From Ramazzottius varieornatus (Eukaryota > Animalia > Tardigrada), in contig BDGG01000008.1 in the NCBI GenBank assembly GCA_001949185.1, positions 1,550,001 through 1,614,000 on the forward strand: 64,000 bases of DNA. Reading direction: 5' to 3'. The notes below the pieces were generated by a model, which saw nothing but the letters and a program-made list of their open reading frames with translations, made no database searches and was not told the origin of the DNA. Positions 1 to 11,833 of the stretch are shown piece after piece. The position numbers and the translations under genes were made by a program. Each line of letters starts with the position of its first letter. The first letter of the stretch is position 1.

Positions 1-748
1 TTGTATACTGTGGCACCAGTTTTGTTGGAGCTTACCGTATGATTATGAGGCATATGCGGTGGGGTTCGATCTTCAGTCGTGACAAAGAGATAGCTGCTCA
101 TTCGCGGGATAAGAATCGGATGATAAGATAAATCGAGACAAGGCGGAGTCCCAGCGCTGCCCTGAGTTCTTCGAATTCTCCTAATTACGCCTCGCAGTCA
201 CTACTCTTTTGGCACTCGCCTCTTCCCCAAAAGACAAAGAGGCTCTTTAGGCCTTCCTTCATTATCAAGCAGGACATATTCCGTGGCAAGTGCTTCTCAT
301 CGAGACAAACTAACATTGAGACTTGATTGGACGGTAAACCAAGACCTGCATAGTAAAAAAACTAGTACCATGTCTCGCGGCGACAGTGAGGTTTAGCCGT
401 GAAATCACGGGGATAGTTTGGAAAAAATTGGCACATTTTCTGGTAAATATGTACAAGTAGAAAACGATTTGTATGGGAAAACACTCAAACTAGCTAAAAG
501 TTCGAAGGATGTTGCAGATTTATTTCAGATTTGGAGTTCTTCGCCAGGGAAAAGCGCATCCCAGTCTTTCTTCCAGGGATTTCTCTGCTGTAAGTCCGTC
601 AGCGCGATACCGTGTGAGTTGGCAATATCCCATGCTGTTTCACCTCTCTGGACAATGTGCATCCTACAACACATTGCAATATAGTGTGATTATCGTGATG
701 GATCAAAAGGTACAAAGTAACAGGTTAGTCTGATCTTGCAAAGTGGGC

Positions 749-2683
749 TTACTTCGCAGCCTTCCGTTGCAGATTAGGCAAAGCCACGCAAAGCTTCTCG
801 CCCTGAGTGATAAAGTCAAGGTCCACCTTTCCGGGATTATACTGCCGCAAATCCTGTAAGGAGATATCGAATTGGCGAGCGATATTCCAGGCGGTGTCGC
901 CACTCTTGACGTGGTAGTAAGTGGCACAAGTGGAGGATTTGGAGAAAGAGCCTAAGCTGGGCGTTGGCCGCTCCACCGCTGGCGCCATTGCTCCACCCTG
1001 CTGCCCTGTCATGTTGAGGAACAGGACCGGAGTGTGCCCACCAGCAGTCTTAGACTCTAACAATGGTGTCGCCAAGACTCTTTTGATGGTTTGTAACAAT
1101 GGGTAACGTGTCTGGAAACATGCCCCACGAAAATCATCTAGGCTCATCTCCCATACAAAGACTCCACCGTATCCACTTTGGCGCACCCACATAGCCTAAA
1201 ACGTGGAAAAATGTTCATAAAAAAGCCAACGGGGAGAAGCAATTTTGATAACACTCAGTACACAAATGTGAGAACGACTGTATAAAATAATTTCGTCCGA
1301 ATTTTTTGAAAGGAAGCGATGCGCACCTTCTGGCGGATACTTTCGACGTCGTCGTAGCTAACCCAAATATTTTGACCATTGGCATGTGGAACTCTGGCAT
1401 AACGGTCGAACTGGCGTTTGAGCTGGCCGGCTTTGATTCCGGCGCAAATCTCAAAGAAGCCATAGTATCCAGGTTCCTCCGTGAAGGCGCCGCCGGGAGC
1501 TGGTCCTAAGGCTGCCACGCCTACGCCAACACTGTCCGGATGGGCCACCGTCCATGCGCGGCCATACAGCGCCAGCCCGACGGAAATGCTTGACTTCGGA
1601 ATACCGGCAATTTCCCATTCTCTCACCAGCGACTCCTGTAACGGTGGCCAACTTTTTATTAATGTGTTTTCCAAACGGAACTTTTATTGGTTGAAACAAC
1701 ACTGGTTGGTTCTACTTACGACGTTTAGACCAAGACTGGGATCCGATGGAGACTTGATCAACGGCGCGTTGTGATTCGTCTTGTTGGGCTCCCATGTGGG
1801 CCCATGGAAGTCATACGCCATCAAGTTGATTATGTCCAGAGTTCTAGGAAAATTATACAGGAGAGGTCAAAGTTTTTACATTCTCTGAAAGTTATCTTTC
1901 CTGCATGAATACCTAGCCATAACAAGAGGGTTGTATCCTCCTCGAGAAATGGAAGAAACCGCCGCAGCAAGCAGGAGACGGGTTCTCGACAGCAGTCGCG
2001 CTTCCGCCTCGAAAGCAACCCGTATCTCCTGGAAAATTTCAGTTACAAATACGAATGATATGATCAAATGGCTTTCGCGAGGAGATTCTCTCAAGTCCAG
2101 CTTTACTTTGAGAAGGGAAGTGTACTGTTCGGCTGCGGTATGCAAAGGATACTCCCAGTCCAGATCGAGTCCATCCAAGTTCCAGCTTCGCAACCTTGTG
2201 AGAACGGAATCTATAAAGACCGTTCGGTTCTCCAGTGAAGCAGCCATCGGGATAAACTGGTGGGAAAGATTCCATCCGCCGACGCTCAGTAGAACTTTCA
2301 GTTTAGGATAGTAGACTCTGTAGCTCTTTAGCTGGGTCAACTTTGCTGAAGGAAAAACGTTTGCTAAGAATGTATACAGATGGCTTGCCACTATACAGCT
2401 TACCTTCGTCTGTAGGTTTGATGGTCAGTATATTATTCTCGATTCCGGCGAAAGCGTAACAGATGTATGTGCAGTATCCAGGGTCCACATCTTGCACTTC
2501 ATACTTGCCAGAGCCCGGCCTCGTATCCGCCCAGTTCGGGAAGTAGCAACCGCGATGCGGGAGTTCCACTTCCGGATCGGATGACAGGATGGCTTTCCAT
2601 GAATACAGAAATATCAACACTCTAAATAGAAGTATCATTCTGGGCTGATTTCGTATAGACTGAAGTCTCATGAAGTCTACCAT
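749..2683 (-). CDS. Secreted GH18 chitinase with C-terminal LysM domain (multi-exon)
   Basis: Hydrophobic N-terminus (MILLFRVLIFLYSWKA); GH18 motifs GCYFPNWA, CTYICYAFA, KVLLSVGGW, intact catalytic LDGLDLDWEYP, INLMAYDFHG, GLALYGRAW, WVSYDD, GGVFVWEMSLDDF; C-terminal CATYYHVKSGDTAWNIARQFDISLQDLRQYNP..ITQGEKLCV is a LysM pattern; exons joined by GT-AG introns. Confidence 0.92.
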
Positions 2684-3769
2684 ACAGTTTCAACTCCTGT
2701 GGTCAACTCAATGAATTCCTTTTCATATAGCCGCGGAGCAACGTCTACCGCTGAGGTTCCGCGTCTTGCAAACTGAGCTTGTGATCTCTCTTGGCGTTTC
2801 ATGTCTTTTGACTTTGAATCATTGAAACATCTGACGGACCACAGCTCTCATGGAGCGGACATCCGCCCACATGTAACTGCACCTAATCTCTGCGTACAAT
2901 GGAGATTCGTTACAGTTGTGGAGCGGATTTATTGTGATGCACATTTAATGAGCTAGTGATGGTGACCATGAGCCTTCACCCGAGCTGGATAAGCTTACTT
3001 CGTTCCCGGAACCACCAAACATACTGGCGTCTAAACCCACACTTACTCACTTGTCCAGTTTGCGATCAAGAGAGGAATCAAGATAGCATACGGTAAGAAA
3101 CTGTCTACTTCTGACAGGGGTGCATGATACTTCATACAGGACAGTTCAGCTTACGACAATAAACAGAAAGATAATTTTTTAACTTCATCACAATGGCTGA
3201 AAGCGGATCGACTGCGGTTCCGACGTAAGAAAGACTTTCAGAAGAAAAGCTCACAGCTTAGGCTAAGGCCCTTGCTCCCAACCGATGCTGGCGCCAATAT
3301 CATGGACAGGGTACATGCTGTGCAGTCGTGATGGATGTCGCAGTACTTGTAGCACTTCTCCTGCATGGTCCTGAAGATGCGGTGAGTACTGCCTAGTCCT
3401 ATCGCTGGACGGATAATACACCCACCATATGTTCAAGAGTGGATCACGCGTCTTTAGCGAGAAGGTGGGCTCGTATGTGACGGGGAACTTTTTCGTGCTG
3501 TTGCGGACTATCGGCGAGCAGTCCAGATCGTGGAAGAACCTTTCAGCCGCATCGAACTCCAGCATGAGACCATGCTTTGGAGATGAAAAGCCTGCAGAAC
3601 ACATGAATTAGCTTGTACGATGTAACAGTGTGGTGTCAACACCCTCGTCAGGAACTATGGGACATTCGCAAATAAAACTGAGCATGAACAATATCTCAAG
3701 TGGCGCATGTCTTCATTGTTATTAGCAGAGATTGTGCGTTACCTGGGATGACGATTTTGTGCACGTCAT

Positions 3770-3900
3770 TTGCCGATGTCACAAGTGTGGCGGAAGGTCC
3801 CACATATTAGTACGAGGTAAAGGACATGGAGTTTTCCAGGGAGAATTTCGGACATGAAAATTTCCAGGTTGTTTTAACGTAGCTGCTGGTCAGATTGCGT
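3770..3900 (+). pseudogene. Remnant of the small cysteine-containing protein family also found at 4435-5034 and 5800-6396
   Basis: Translates as KCGGRSHILVRGKGHGVFQGEFRT*KFPGC, matching KCNGNFRAY..VRGKGHGAFQWKLRTGKFPNC read from the minus strand at ~4460-4560; internal TGA. Confidence 0.55.
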
Positions 3901-4434
3901 CGTACGGTAAGTCAGTCAATAGAGAAAGTCTTTATGATCATAGCCAAGTCGTCTTCCGAGTCATTTGACGGTGCAAAGGTGAGAAAGGAAGGTCTGCAGG
4001 AGACAGGATAAAATCCAATGTTAAAGAGCCTGGACAAGAAATAAAACGTAGGCTCGAAGAGGCGCTTGTGTAGTCTTTTACGGAGACTTACGCCAAGACG
4101 TCACATCTCCGTTCTGGTCAACTCCTAAGATAACATAAGTGATTAATGGATGCTCTACAAAGCCTCTGACGCATTTAAAGCATGTCGATTCCGTGCAGCA
4201 AGGCCAAAATTTCACAAAAGATTATCTCGTTAGTCTCTCCATGTTATCGATGACGGCTACGACAAGTAAGGTTCAAAGTAAGCTCAAAACTGCTGCTCAG
4301 GTTCATAAGGAGCTGATGTTGGAAACTGCCAAAGTGCAACTGAATGTTTACATTGCACCGACTATTTGTTACCGTACCACAGATCTTAGCTGCGGTTGCA
4401 CATTCCAGTCTGTAAGACGTCACGTGACAAAACA

Positions 4435-5034
4435 GTCAGATATTGTGGTGCCACCCTACACCGCAGTTTGGAAATTTCCCTGTACGAAGTTTCCACTGGA
4501 AAGCTCCATGTCCTTTACCCCGTACTGTATACGTACGCCCTGAAGTTACCGTTGCACTTGTCCCGTTTGATACTCGGAGTAATGTAAGCAGTCCTGTTCG
4601 TCTCGTTTGGGTCCTTCAAGAACCGAACACAGCCGAACATGCATGGATTGAGATCCATAAAGATGCAGAGAGCTCGATTGTTTACGGGGTCAATTACTTT
4701 CACGTATTTTACTGTCCAGCCGTCATGCCAGTCGGGAATCCATTGCATCCAGCTGGTCATTTCACTGGAGAGCGGGTTTAAGTCGTAATTGTACGACAAG
4801 CCATCGAGATGCCTGTGGATCCTGTCACTTCTCACCTTTCCGAGGACCAAATCAGTTTCGGAATACTCGTCGACGTCGTACATTCCGTCGAGATCTATCA
4901 CCGCAGCTTCTTCGTCCGCTTCCTCATAGTCATCGTCCGCGACCTCGCTGTCAGTTTCGAAAACAACTGGCTAACAAAAGGCTGGGAACATTGCTGAGCC
5001 AGATGAAGACAACAAGGAACTTGGAATTCTCCAT
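4435..5034 (-). pseudogene. Putative secreted, acidic-linker, cysteine-containing protein of unknown family; frameshifted
   Basis: ATG at 5034 gives a hydrophobic leader (MENSKFLVVFIWL) out of frame with a D/E-rich tract and ORF 4515..4901 (SWMQWIPDWHDG...CMFGCVRFLKDP...KRDKCNG); the C-terminal part needs another frameshift. Confidence 0.6.
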
Positions 5035-5799
5035 TTTTCCCACACTCAAATGAATATGCTCGTGGTATGGGTAACTTGCGAACTCATGAGCGAATCATGG
5101 AAACTCCTCGTTTCGTTCAGAACGAGGAGCGGAAACGCAGCGCCGTATGCCCGTATGCTCGTATCGCTTGTCACATTTCTGCTTTTCAGCGCATAAAGCC
5201 ACAGTATGTCAATATGCCGATCATAAAAGACTATTGTGTGTGTCATCGGGAGACGCCCGAAAGGTGACAGTATGGGTTTTACCTTCCTCGCTTTTATGCG
5301 AGAATCCGCGAAAACTTTGGTTCACGGACACTAAATCATGGTCATGTCGCCAAGGACAAACAACCTAAGCTGCATGCTGAACGGTACACTGTACTTCACA
5401 GAGTCTGCCTTCTGCCCGACTGTTTCGGTAACTGCTTCCGGCCGGCTCCTGTGCAGACTTTCAGAAGAACGTAAACGAAAAGCATCCGGAATACCCGCGC
5501 AGGCTTGAAGACTAAGGAGTACAGCTGATACGTTTCCGAAGACGTTTCCCGGTAGCGGTGTTACGTATGGGGCGTACGATCTGCAATCCGGGTGGAACTC
5601 GCAATATTGGCGATACTTCTCTTCGTCGCGGGAGAACAGAACGCCGCCTATCGGCTTGTTATTGGAAGGAGTAAACGATCAAGTGATGTCCAGAAAGTTT
5701 TTGAATAAGTCGAGGTGTAGTGGTAGTTCTGAAATGGAGTCATGTCTGATGGGAGGCTTTCTGGGTGCTGTTTCGGGCCGATGATGAGCAGTCAAGATC

Positions 5800-6396
5800 G
5801 CAAATCATTTTTGCAATCTCGTCCAACTCCAGCGTGAGAGGATTGTTTGCAGAGGAGAAGCCGGAATTACACGGAGCATTGAGTACTCGTACTGTACGTT
5901 ACATAACCTGTATTTCCGCGTAAAATCAAAGTTCGAAGCTTCGGCCAAAAGCTGACCGTTGCATTTGTCTCGTTTGTAGCTGGGTTTGATCAGCGCCGTG
6001 CTGTGCTATTCTGGCGGGTCCTTCAAGAAGCGAACGCAGCCGAACATACAAGCATCGACACCCAAGGCGAAGCATCGAAGACGATGTGTTGGGGGATCCA
6101 TGACGAGTACGTATCCCAGAACCAGACCGTCTTCCCAGTCAGTTATCCATTGCTTCCAGCTTGTGCTTTCGTTCGCCGGGGGATTTCTGTCGTTGTAGGT
6201 TGATAACTGGTTAAGAAGATCTTGGATCAGCTGGGCTCGAAGTAGCCTAAAGTATTCATCGTCCTCTGTAGTTGCTTCGTCGTCATCGTGATCGTCATGA
6301 TCGTCATGATCGCCATAGTCCTGGGCTTCTTTGTTTGCCGAGAGAACAACAGGTATAACGTTCAACAAAATGAAACCGTCAAGGAAGCTGTTCATT
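5800..6396 (-). pseudogene. Paralog of 4435-5034 with one in-frame TAG
   Basis: MNSFLDGFILLNVIPVVLSA signal-like leader, (DDH)n/acidic tract, SWKQWITDWEDG...CMFGCVRFLKDPPE, TAG at 6006-6008, then homology continues in frame (TALIKPSYKRDKCNG). Confidence 0.65.
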
Positions 6397-6716
6397 TCTG
6401 GCACGAGTGAATGAAAGCCGTATAATCGATGACAATTTGTGGACCTGGAGTTCTTGGAGTTCTCATGCGAAATTACGGAAATATGAATATGTAAATACGC
6501 GATCAAGTGATATCATTATGTGCTGTCTTCGATAGACAAGGAGTGATCCGGACGCACGCGGAAGGATATCTTTTGCTACGATAAACTGCTGCGCGCTGTT
6601 AGTCTTCTTCACCTCCCGCGCGAAACATCGATATCAGAAAGACAAAAACACTCGTCAATTATGCGACTGTATCATAAGGATAATTAACGTCACAGTATCT
6701 CATAGTTACTCCTGCC

Positions 6717-8698
6717 CTACAATGTCGACGACGATTTCTTCTGGCTCGCACTTTCGGACTTTGTGCACCCCTTCACAGCGCTCTCGAAGTTGCAAGCCAA
6801 TGTTAGGGGATCGAAGATTGTCGTAGGTCCACAGTTGAACTTGTAGAAGATCCCGCCAAAATCACAGCTACAGTACGTGTTGTTGCAGGTTCCGAGGGCA
6901 AACACTCCCCCACCCTTCTTCATGCAGAACTCCCGATTGCACACTACGAAAATCCCCTTGTTAATATCGAGGCGGTAAACTGGAAAGAACGGGAAAGGAA
7001 TTACAAGTACCTCTGTTCTCGACGGCCTGCAGTACATCAGCAGACGGCGCCAGAGTACTTCGGGCTGCTTTGACCAACGGAAATGCCCCATCCGAGCAAG
7101 TAGCATTGAAGTCATCCAGACTGATATCCCAGAAGACCACGCCCCCATAGCCCTTCTCCATCACCCATCGGCTTTTGATACGAACGCTCTCTGTGTCGTC
7201 ATAACTGACCCACATCTTGGTCTGGTTTCCATGAGCGTACGGTGCCATGGCGTAGGAGTCGAAGACGCGAGTGAGGTTCCTTGATGAAAGAAGCTGGCAG
7301 ATGTCGTGGTAGGCCAAACGACCTGGGGAGGACAGGTAGCGCCCAACGAATGTCGAAGGTCCCATGGCAGGAGCTCCGGCTTCGTAGCGCAATGGATGCT
7401 GGAGCGTCCATGCCCGACCGTACAAGGCCACACCGAGGACCAGCTTGGTCTTCGGAACACCGTAAAACTCCCATTCGCTGAACGTCGTCTCCTGTATGGG
7501 AAAATTCAGCTAAAATATTACAACTGTCAAAAATGCTTCAGGTGAAACACATGTGCTTACGATCGTTCCAGCATGGGGGTTGGAGAGCAATGATGCCGGG
7601 CTTTTGTACAGTGGCGACGTGCTGTCAGTGACGGCGGGGTCGTACTCGGGAGTATGGTAGTCGAAAGCTCGAACCTGAACGATGTCGGAAGCGCTACAAA
7701 AAACAAGAAAAAAACAACATGGAGCTCAATGTTTAGACAATCATTCCACATACTTGTATCTCATGATGAGAATGTGAGAATGCTTACTTGGCAAGGATTC
7801 TTGGATCGATGATGGATGCCTTGACGTTATTACCCACTTTGACCAAAAGTACGAGGCGAGGGACTTTCGAGAAGGCTGCTTCTTGCTCGAATCGTGTCCG
7901 AATATCCTTCAAGACAACAACTTATCAGAATAATTCCCCGTGTTACGAGCCGCTGCGTCCCACAAACCGAGAAGGACAACCTAGGCCGGTACAATGTACG
8001 ATAAGTAATGGCAAACCTTCAGCAGCAAGGAGGTAGGGTTCGCTGTGGGAAAGTCTAACGATTCCAAATGCACAGCTATCCCGTCGACGCTCCACACCCG
8101 TAATTTTTCCACAATGGTTGTCACGAAGTCTTGGCGGTTCTGGTTTGTCGGGCCGGCGAGGTTCTGCGAAATCTGTGAAGCTACAGCTTGATTCCCGGCG
8201 TCGAGAGCCAGGAAAAGGTGCAGCTCCGGGTTTTTGACTTTCAACGCGTTGAGGTTGAATAGGTTTTCTACGAACACAGCGCTGCATACAGAACGGATAC
8301 CTACCGAAAGAGGGCTCCATGTTTAGTGCGGCAGCATGACATACCTTCATCTTTGGGCGTAATTTGTAGTTCGTTCGCCTGAATGGTAGCGAAACCGTAG
8401 ACGATGTACGTGCACATGTCCGGCTGGATATCTTGGATCTTAAATGCGCCAGTCGATGTTTGGCCAAGACTTTCGGAAAAGACGTAGCATCCCACATGCG
8501 GAGTAACTAGTTTCAATTCTGGAACAGGAATTGGCGTAAACCATTCCTGAGAAATTTTCCATTCATATCTTCAGTCGTACCTGTAGTTATGAGGACGTCC
8601 GCAGAGTTCGCAGAAGATGGTGCCGCAAGAATTGCTGAAACGACGCATAGAGCCACCGCTAGTACGTACAACAACGGTGCCGCAGCCCAAGACCCCAT
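6717..8698 (-). CDS. GH18 chitinase-like protein with C-terminal CBM14 (peritrophin-A) domain; catalytic motif degenerate
   Basis: Signal peptide MGSWAAAPLLYVLAVALC; GCYVFSES, CTYIVYGFA, ALYGRAWTL, WVSYDD, GGVVFWDISLDDF; DxxDxDxE site reads DGIAVHLE; Cys-rich C-terminal domain FCMKK...TYCSC...FNCGPTTIFDPLTLACNF...C. Confidence 0.88.
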
Positions 8699-9286
8699 TC
8701 TGGACCCTAGAAAACCCTCAAGAACTGAGCACAGCGTCCAGGTCAATATCACTACTGATTGCTCGCACAGAGCTTGAAAACTTCCGTCAAGTGGTTTTAC
8801 GTTCCACTGCTTTCGAAGATGTTGAAGATTCAAGAGACAACGCGGAGGGTCTCAAATCGGCGAGCAGCATTTCACATGCGCCATACTTCACTCGGGAATC
8901 GAGGATCATTGCGTGCGGCAGCCGATGCCCTTGCCACTGGGGCTTCTTTTCGTCCTGGTTTCATTCGATGTGACCCGGAGAATGCATAAAAGCCTTTTCA
9001 GGGTTGCAGGAGCTCGAAAGGAATCGTGAAAAACCAGAAACCCATTTTCCGATTTCATTTGACCACGCCCACTCCAAGTTAGTCCGGCCCCTTCTTATGA
9101 TGATCAGCTGTTCACTTCCGGTTTGGCTTAATCAGACACTGCATCATCAGTCTTCCAGTCTTCCTTGCCACTCTCTGAATCTCTGCAGTTCTTTTTCCGT
9201 CTGCTTCCACAGAATCATTAACTGTTAGCTTTCACTCTGTTGCATCGGAATCCGGAGCGTCAAGACAACCCATCCAGGACACGACA

Positions 9287-9912
9287 ATGAGTGTCATGCA
9301 CCAGATCCTCCATCCCAGTCAGCCGGACTATCTTGGCTATCTTTATGCTGCTGCTGTAGCTGCAGGAGGTAAGTCGCTTAGATCTGTGTGCCCAAGAACC
9401 TAGAGTAATGAAACCATCCTGCATAAGCAGAGGGAAGTCGTACCATCCAGTGATATCTGTGAAATCGGCTACCTGTCAAAAGGTGCTGGACGATTTTTGC
9501 TTCCAGGTGCTGCAGGATATGCCAAGGCGGGCAGCGTGCAGTCCCTGGGCATGGGCTTGTTATTCGGGGGCATCTTGGGAGTTGGAGCTTACATGGTCAG
9601 CCAGAACCGCAACAATGTCCTGTTATCCACTCGTAAGCTTTTCCTTGATCGCATTACCTTCGTGCGATCTTTGCGCTTGATTTCACAGTTGCTAGCGGAG
9701 CTCTTTTCTTAGTTGCTAGCGGAGCTCTGGCTGCAGTGATGGGCAATCGGTTCCTCAAGACAGGTTCTTTCATGCCAGCGGGAATGGTCGCTTCAATGAG
9801 GTAATCAAGCCCGAAAGAGACACGAGTAAACCTTCAAATCAGACTTAATAAATATTAATCTTTTAGTGCCTTGATGCTTCTTCGATACGGACAACAGTAC
9901 TTCAGACGATGA
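9287..9912 (+). CDS. TMEM14: Transmembrane protein 14 family (4 exons)
   Basis: DYLGYLYAAAVAAGG, GYAKAGSVQSLGMGLLFGGILGVGAY, MGNRFLKTGSFMPAGMVA are TMEM14 signature segments; canonical introns. Confidence 0.9.
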
Positions 9913-9998
9913 GAAAGTACCTCGCACCTTCGGCCCAAGGATTCCCTACAACCACAGCGGTTTACCCCATATCCAGAATGCCTTCGTGATCGATATAT

Positions 9999-11632
9999 TT
10001 ATTTTATCTTTCTGGTCTTCTGAAGACCAGCGACAGGCTGATTTCGTTTTCTCTTTTTCATATCATTCACTTTCTTCTTCTTACTACCCATAGCAATTAC
10101 TGAATTCTTCAGCTTTTTCTTTGGTAATTCCTGTGTGACAGGTCCATCGGTTGCTTTCAGAGTTTCCGGTGGAGTTTCTGTAGTACTTTGGGAATCTTTT
10201 TCTGAGTCGACCGAATTCGCTGGCTGTTCAACGGGAGGCCGATTCAGCAGTTGGTCCGCCACTTCCGGTGTCGAGTGTACTGTGAGACACGTTAGTCGAC
10301 ATCCGGTCGCTACCCAAGCCACCAAAGTAGCCTTCATCTGCAACACACCAAACAAAATAACCGTATTTCTGCTGTCGGGTGTCGACAATACTAAATGAAG
10401 CAAACTAATGACTAACGGCGTACCTCTGATATGGAAACAGACCAGGCTTTGATCGTCTCGTCTTGGCCGGAACAGGACGCTATGACGAAGCGACTCTTGT
10501 CTGAAGATCTGAGTGGAACCACGCTGCGTACTCTTGCTTCGTGAGCATAAAACTCGAACTCCATTTTCTTCACCGGTATGCTCCATACTTTCACTTTGCC
10601 CGTATCGTCCGCAGTCACGAAGAGCTCGTCGGAGAGGAAGGCGCAGTCGTTCACGTGGGACTTCAGATCTTGCACGTAAATCGGTTCAGTTTGCTACAGA
10701 AAGATGCTCAGTTTCAAATGAACATATAGGTTCACGAATGAAAACTGTAGACTCACTGTTAGATCATAGGCTTCGACAGTTGTGCCAGTCCGGAGAAGAA
10801 ATCGGGATCCGGAAGGACTGAAGACTAGAGTCTCGTAGACCTTCTTGATGTTGCGAATGAAAGAGTACTTTCCAGCGACAAGATCCCATGCTATTAGCTT
10901 CTTGTCACCTCCAACGGATAAAGCTAGCTTCTTGGAGGGATGAATGTCAAAGCCAAGCACTGCACCTCTGTAATGAAACAACTATTTCTCTATAATCATT
11001 ATTCCGTTTTCGACCGGAAGTCCTTTAAGGTCCATTCACACAGCGACCTTTTCGACCATTCAATGATTGTCTCTGGACTTTTGCATGGTTTGGGACCCTG
11101 CTTGAACTTACTTATGGCCTTTGAGAGTTCGCTGCAGCTCCCATATTCGAGTACGCCACATTTTGATGGTGCCGTCGGACGAAGCGGTGTAAAGGAAATC
11201 TTTGCCCATGAACTTCAACGAATTTACGTCTCCTACATAGACAAACTGTCGTATGACGAGCAAAGTTCTCTTTCACGACTACTGTAGTGGAAGAGTGTAT
11301 AATTACAACCGACCTTCGTGGCTGACAAGTGATCCGATATCGGAGTTACGCAACAGGTCGAACAGACGGACGCTTTCATCGGTGCTGCCAGAAGCGACGA
11401 TTCCCTTTTCTGACACTGCCATAACTCGAACGCATCCGTTGTGGGAGACGTCGTTGAACCTTTGAGTGACCTTCTGCAACGATTAAACAGGTAACATACC
11501 AGCGAATGCCGAATCATTTAAGCGGCAGGGAACGAATGAAAGATCTCTTACGAGCGACGTCGAGGAGTCCTGACCGACGTCAAGCCGATAGGCAACCACC
11601 AGTCCATCGTACGATCCAGCTAGCACCTCCAT
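9999..11632 (-). CDS. PAK1IP1: WD40 ribosome-biogenesis factor PAK1IP1/MAK11
   Basis: N-terminus MEVLAGSYDGLVVAY; IHPSKKLALSVGGDKKLIAWDLVAG; AHEARVRSV; TGCRLTCL; Lys-rich C-terminal tail. Confidence 0.88.
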
Positions 11633-11833
11633 TCCAGCCTCGATGTAGTAGGTCCAGTTCTACTGGAGGAAGAAGCTCGGAATCTCGGTCTTGTGATCGT
11701 GAATCGGAAATCGAGAACTGGGACTCTGACCCGTAAGAATTCTGAAAGGAAAACTGAATAATTCTGACCGTCCTGTCAATCAACTGAAAAAATCAAGGGT
11801 TGCGCTGATGTCTAGCGCTGTGATGTCACAGCA

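Noticed and set aside
3263-3604. 113-aa minus-strand ORF preceded by a possible acceptor
   Set aside because: Could be an orphan exon, but I found no motif, partner exon or paralog.
6006-6008. Recoded TAG (readthrough) in the secreted-protein paralog
   Set aside because: Sister copies carry unrelated frameshifts and stops, so ordinary pseudogenisation is simpler.
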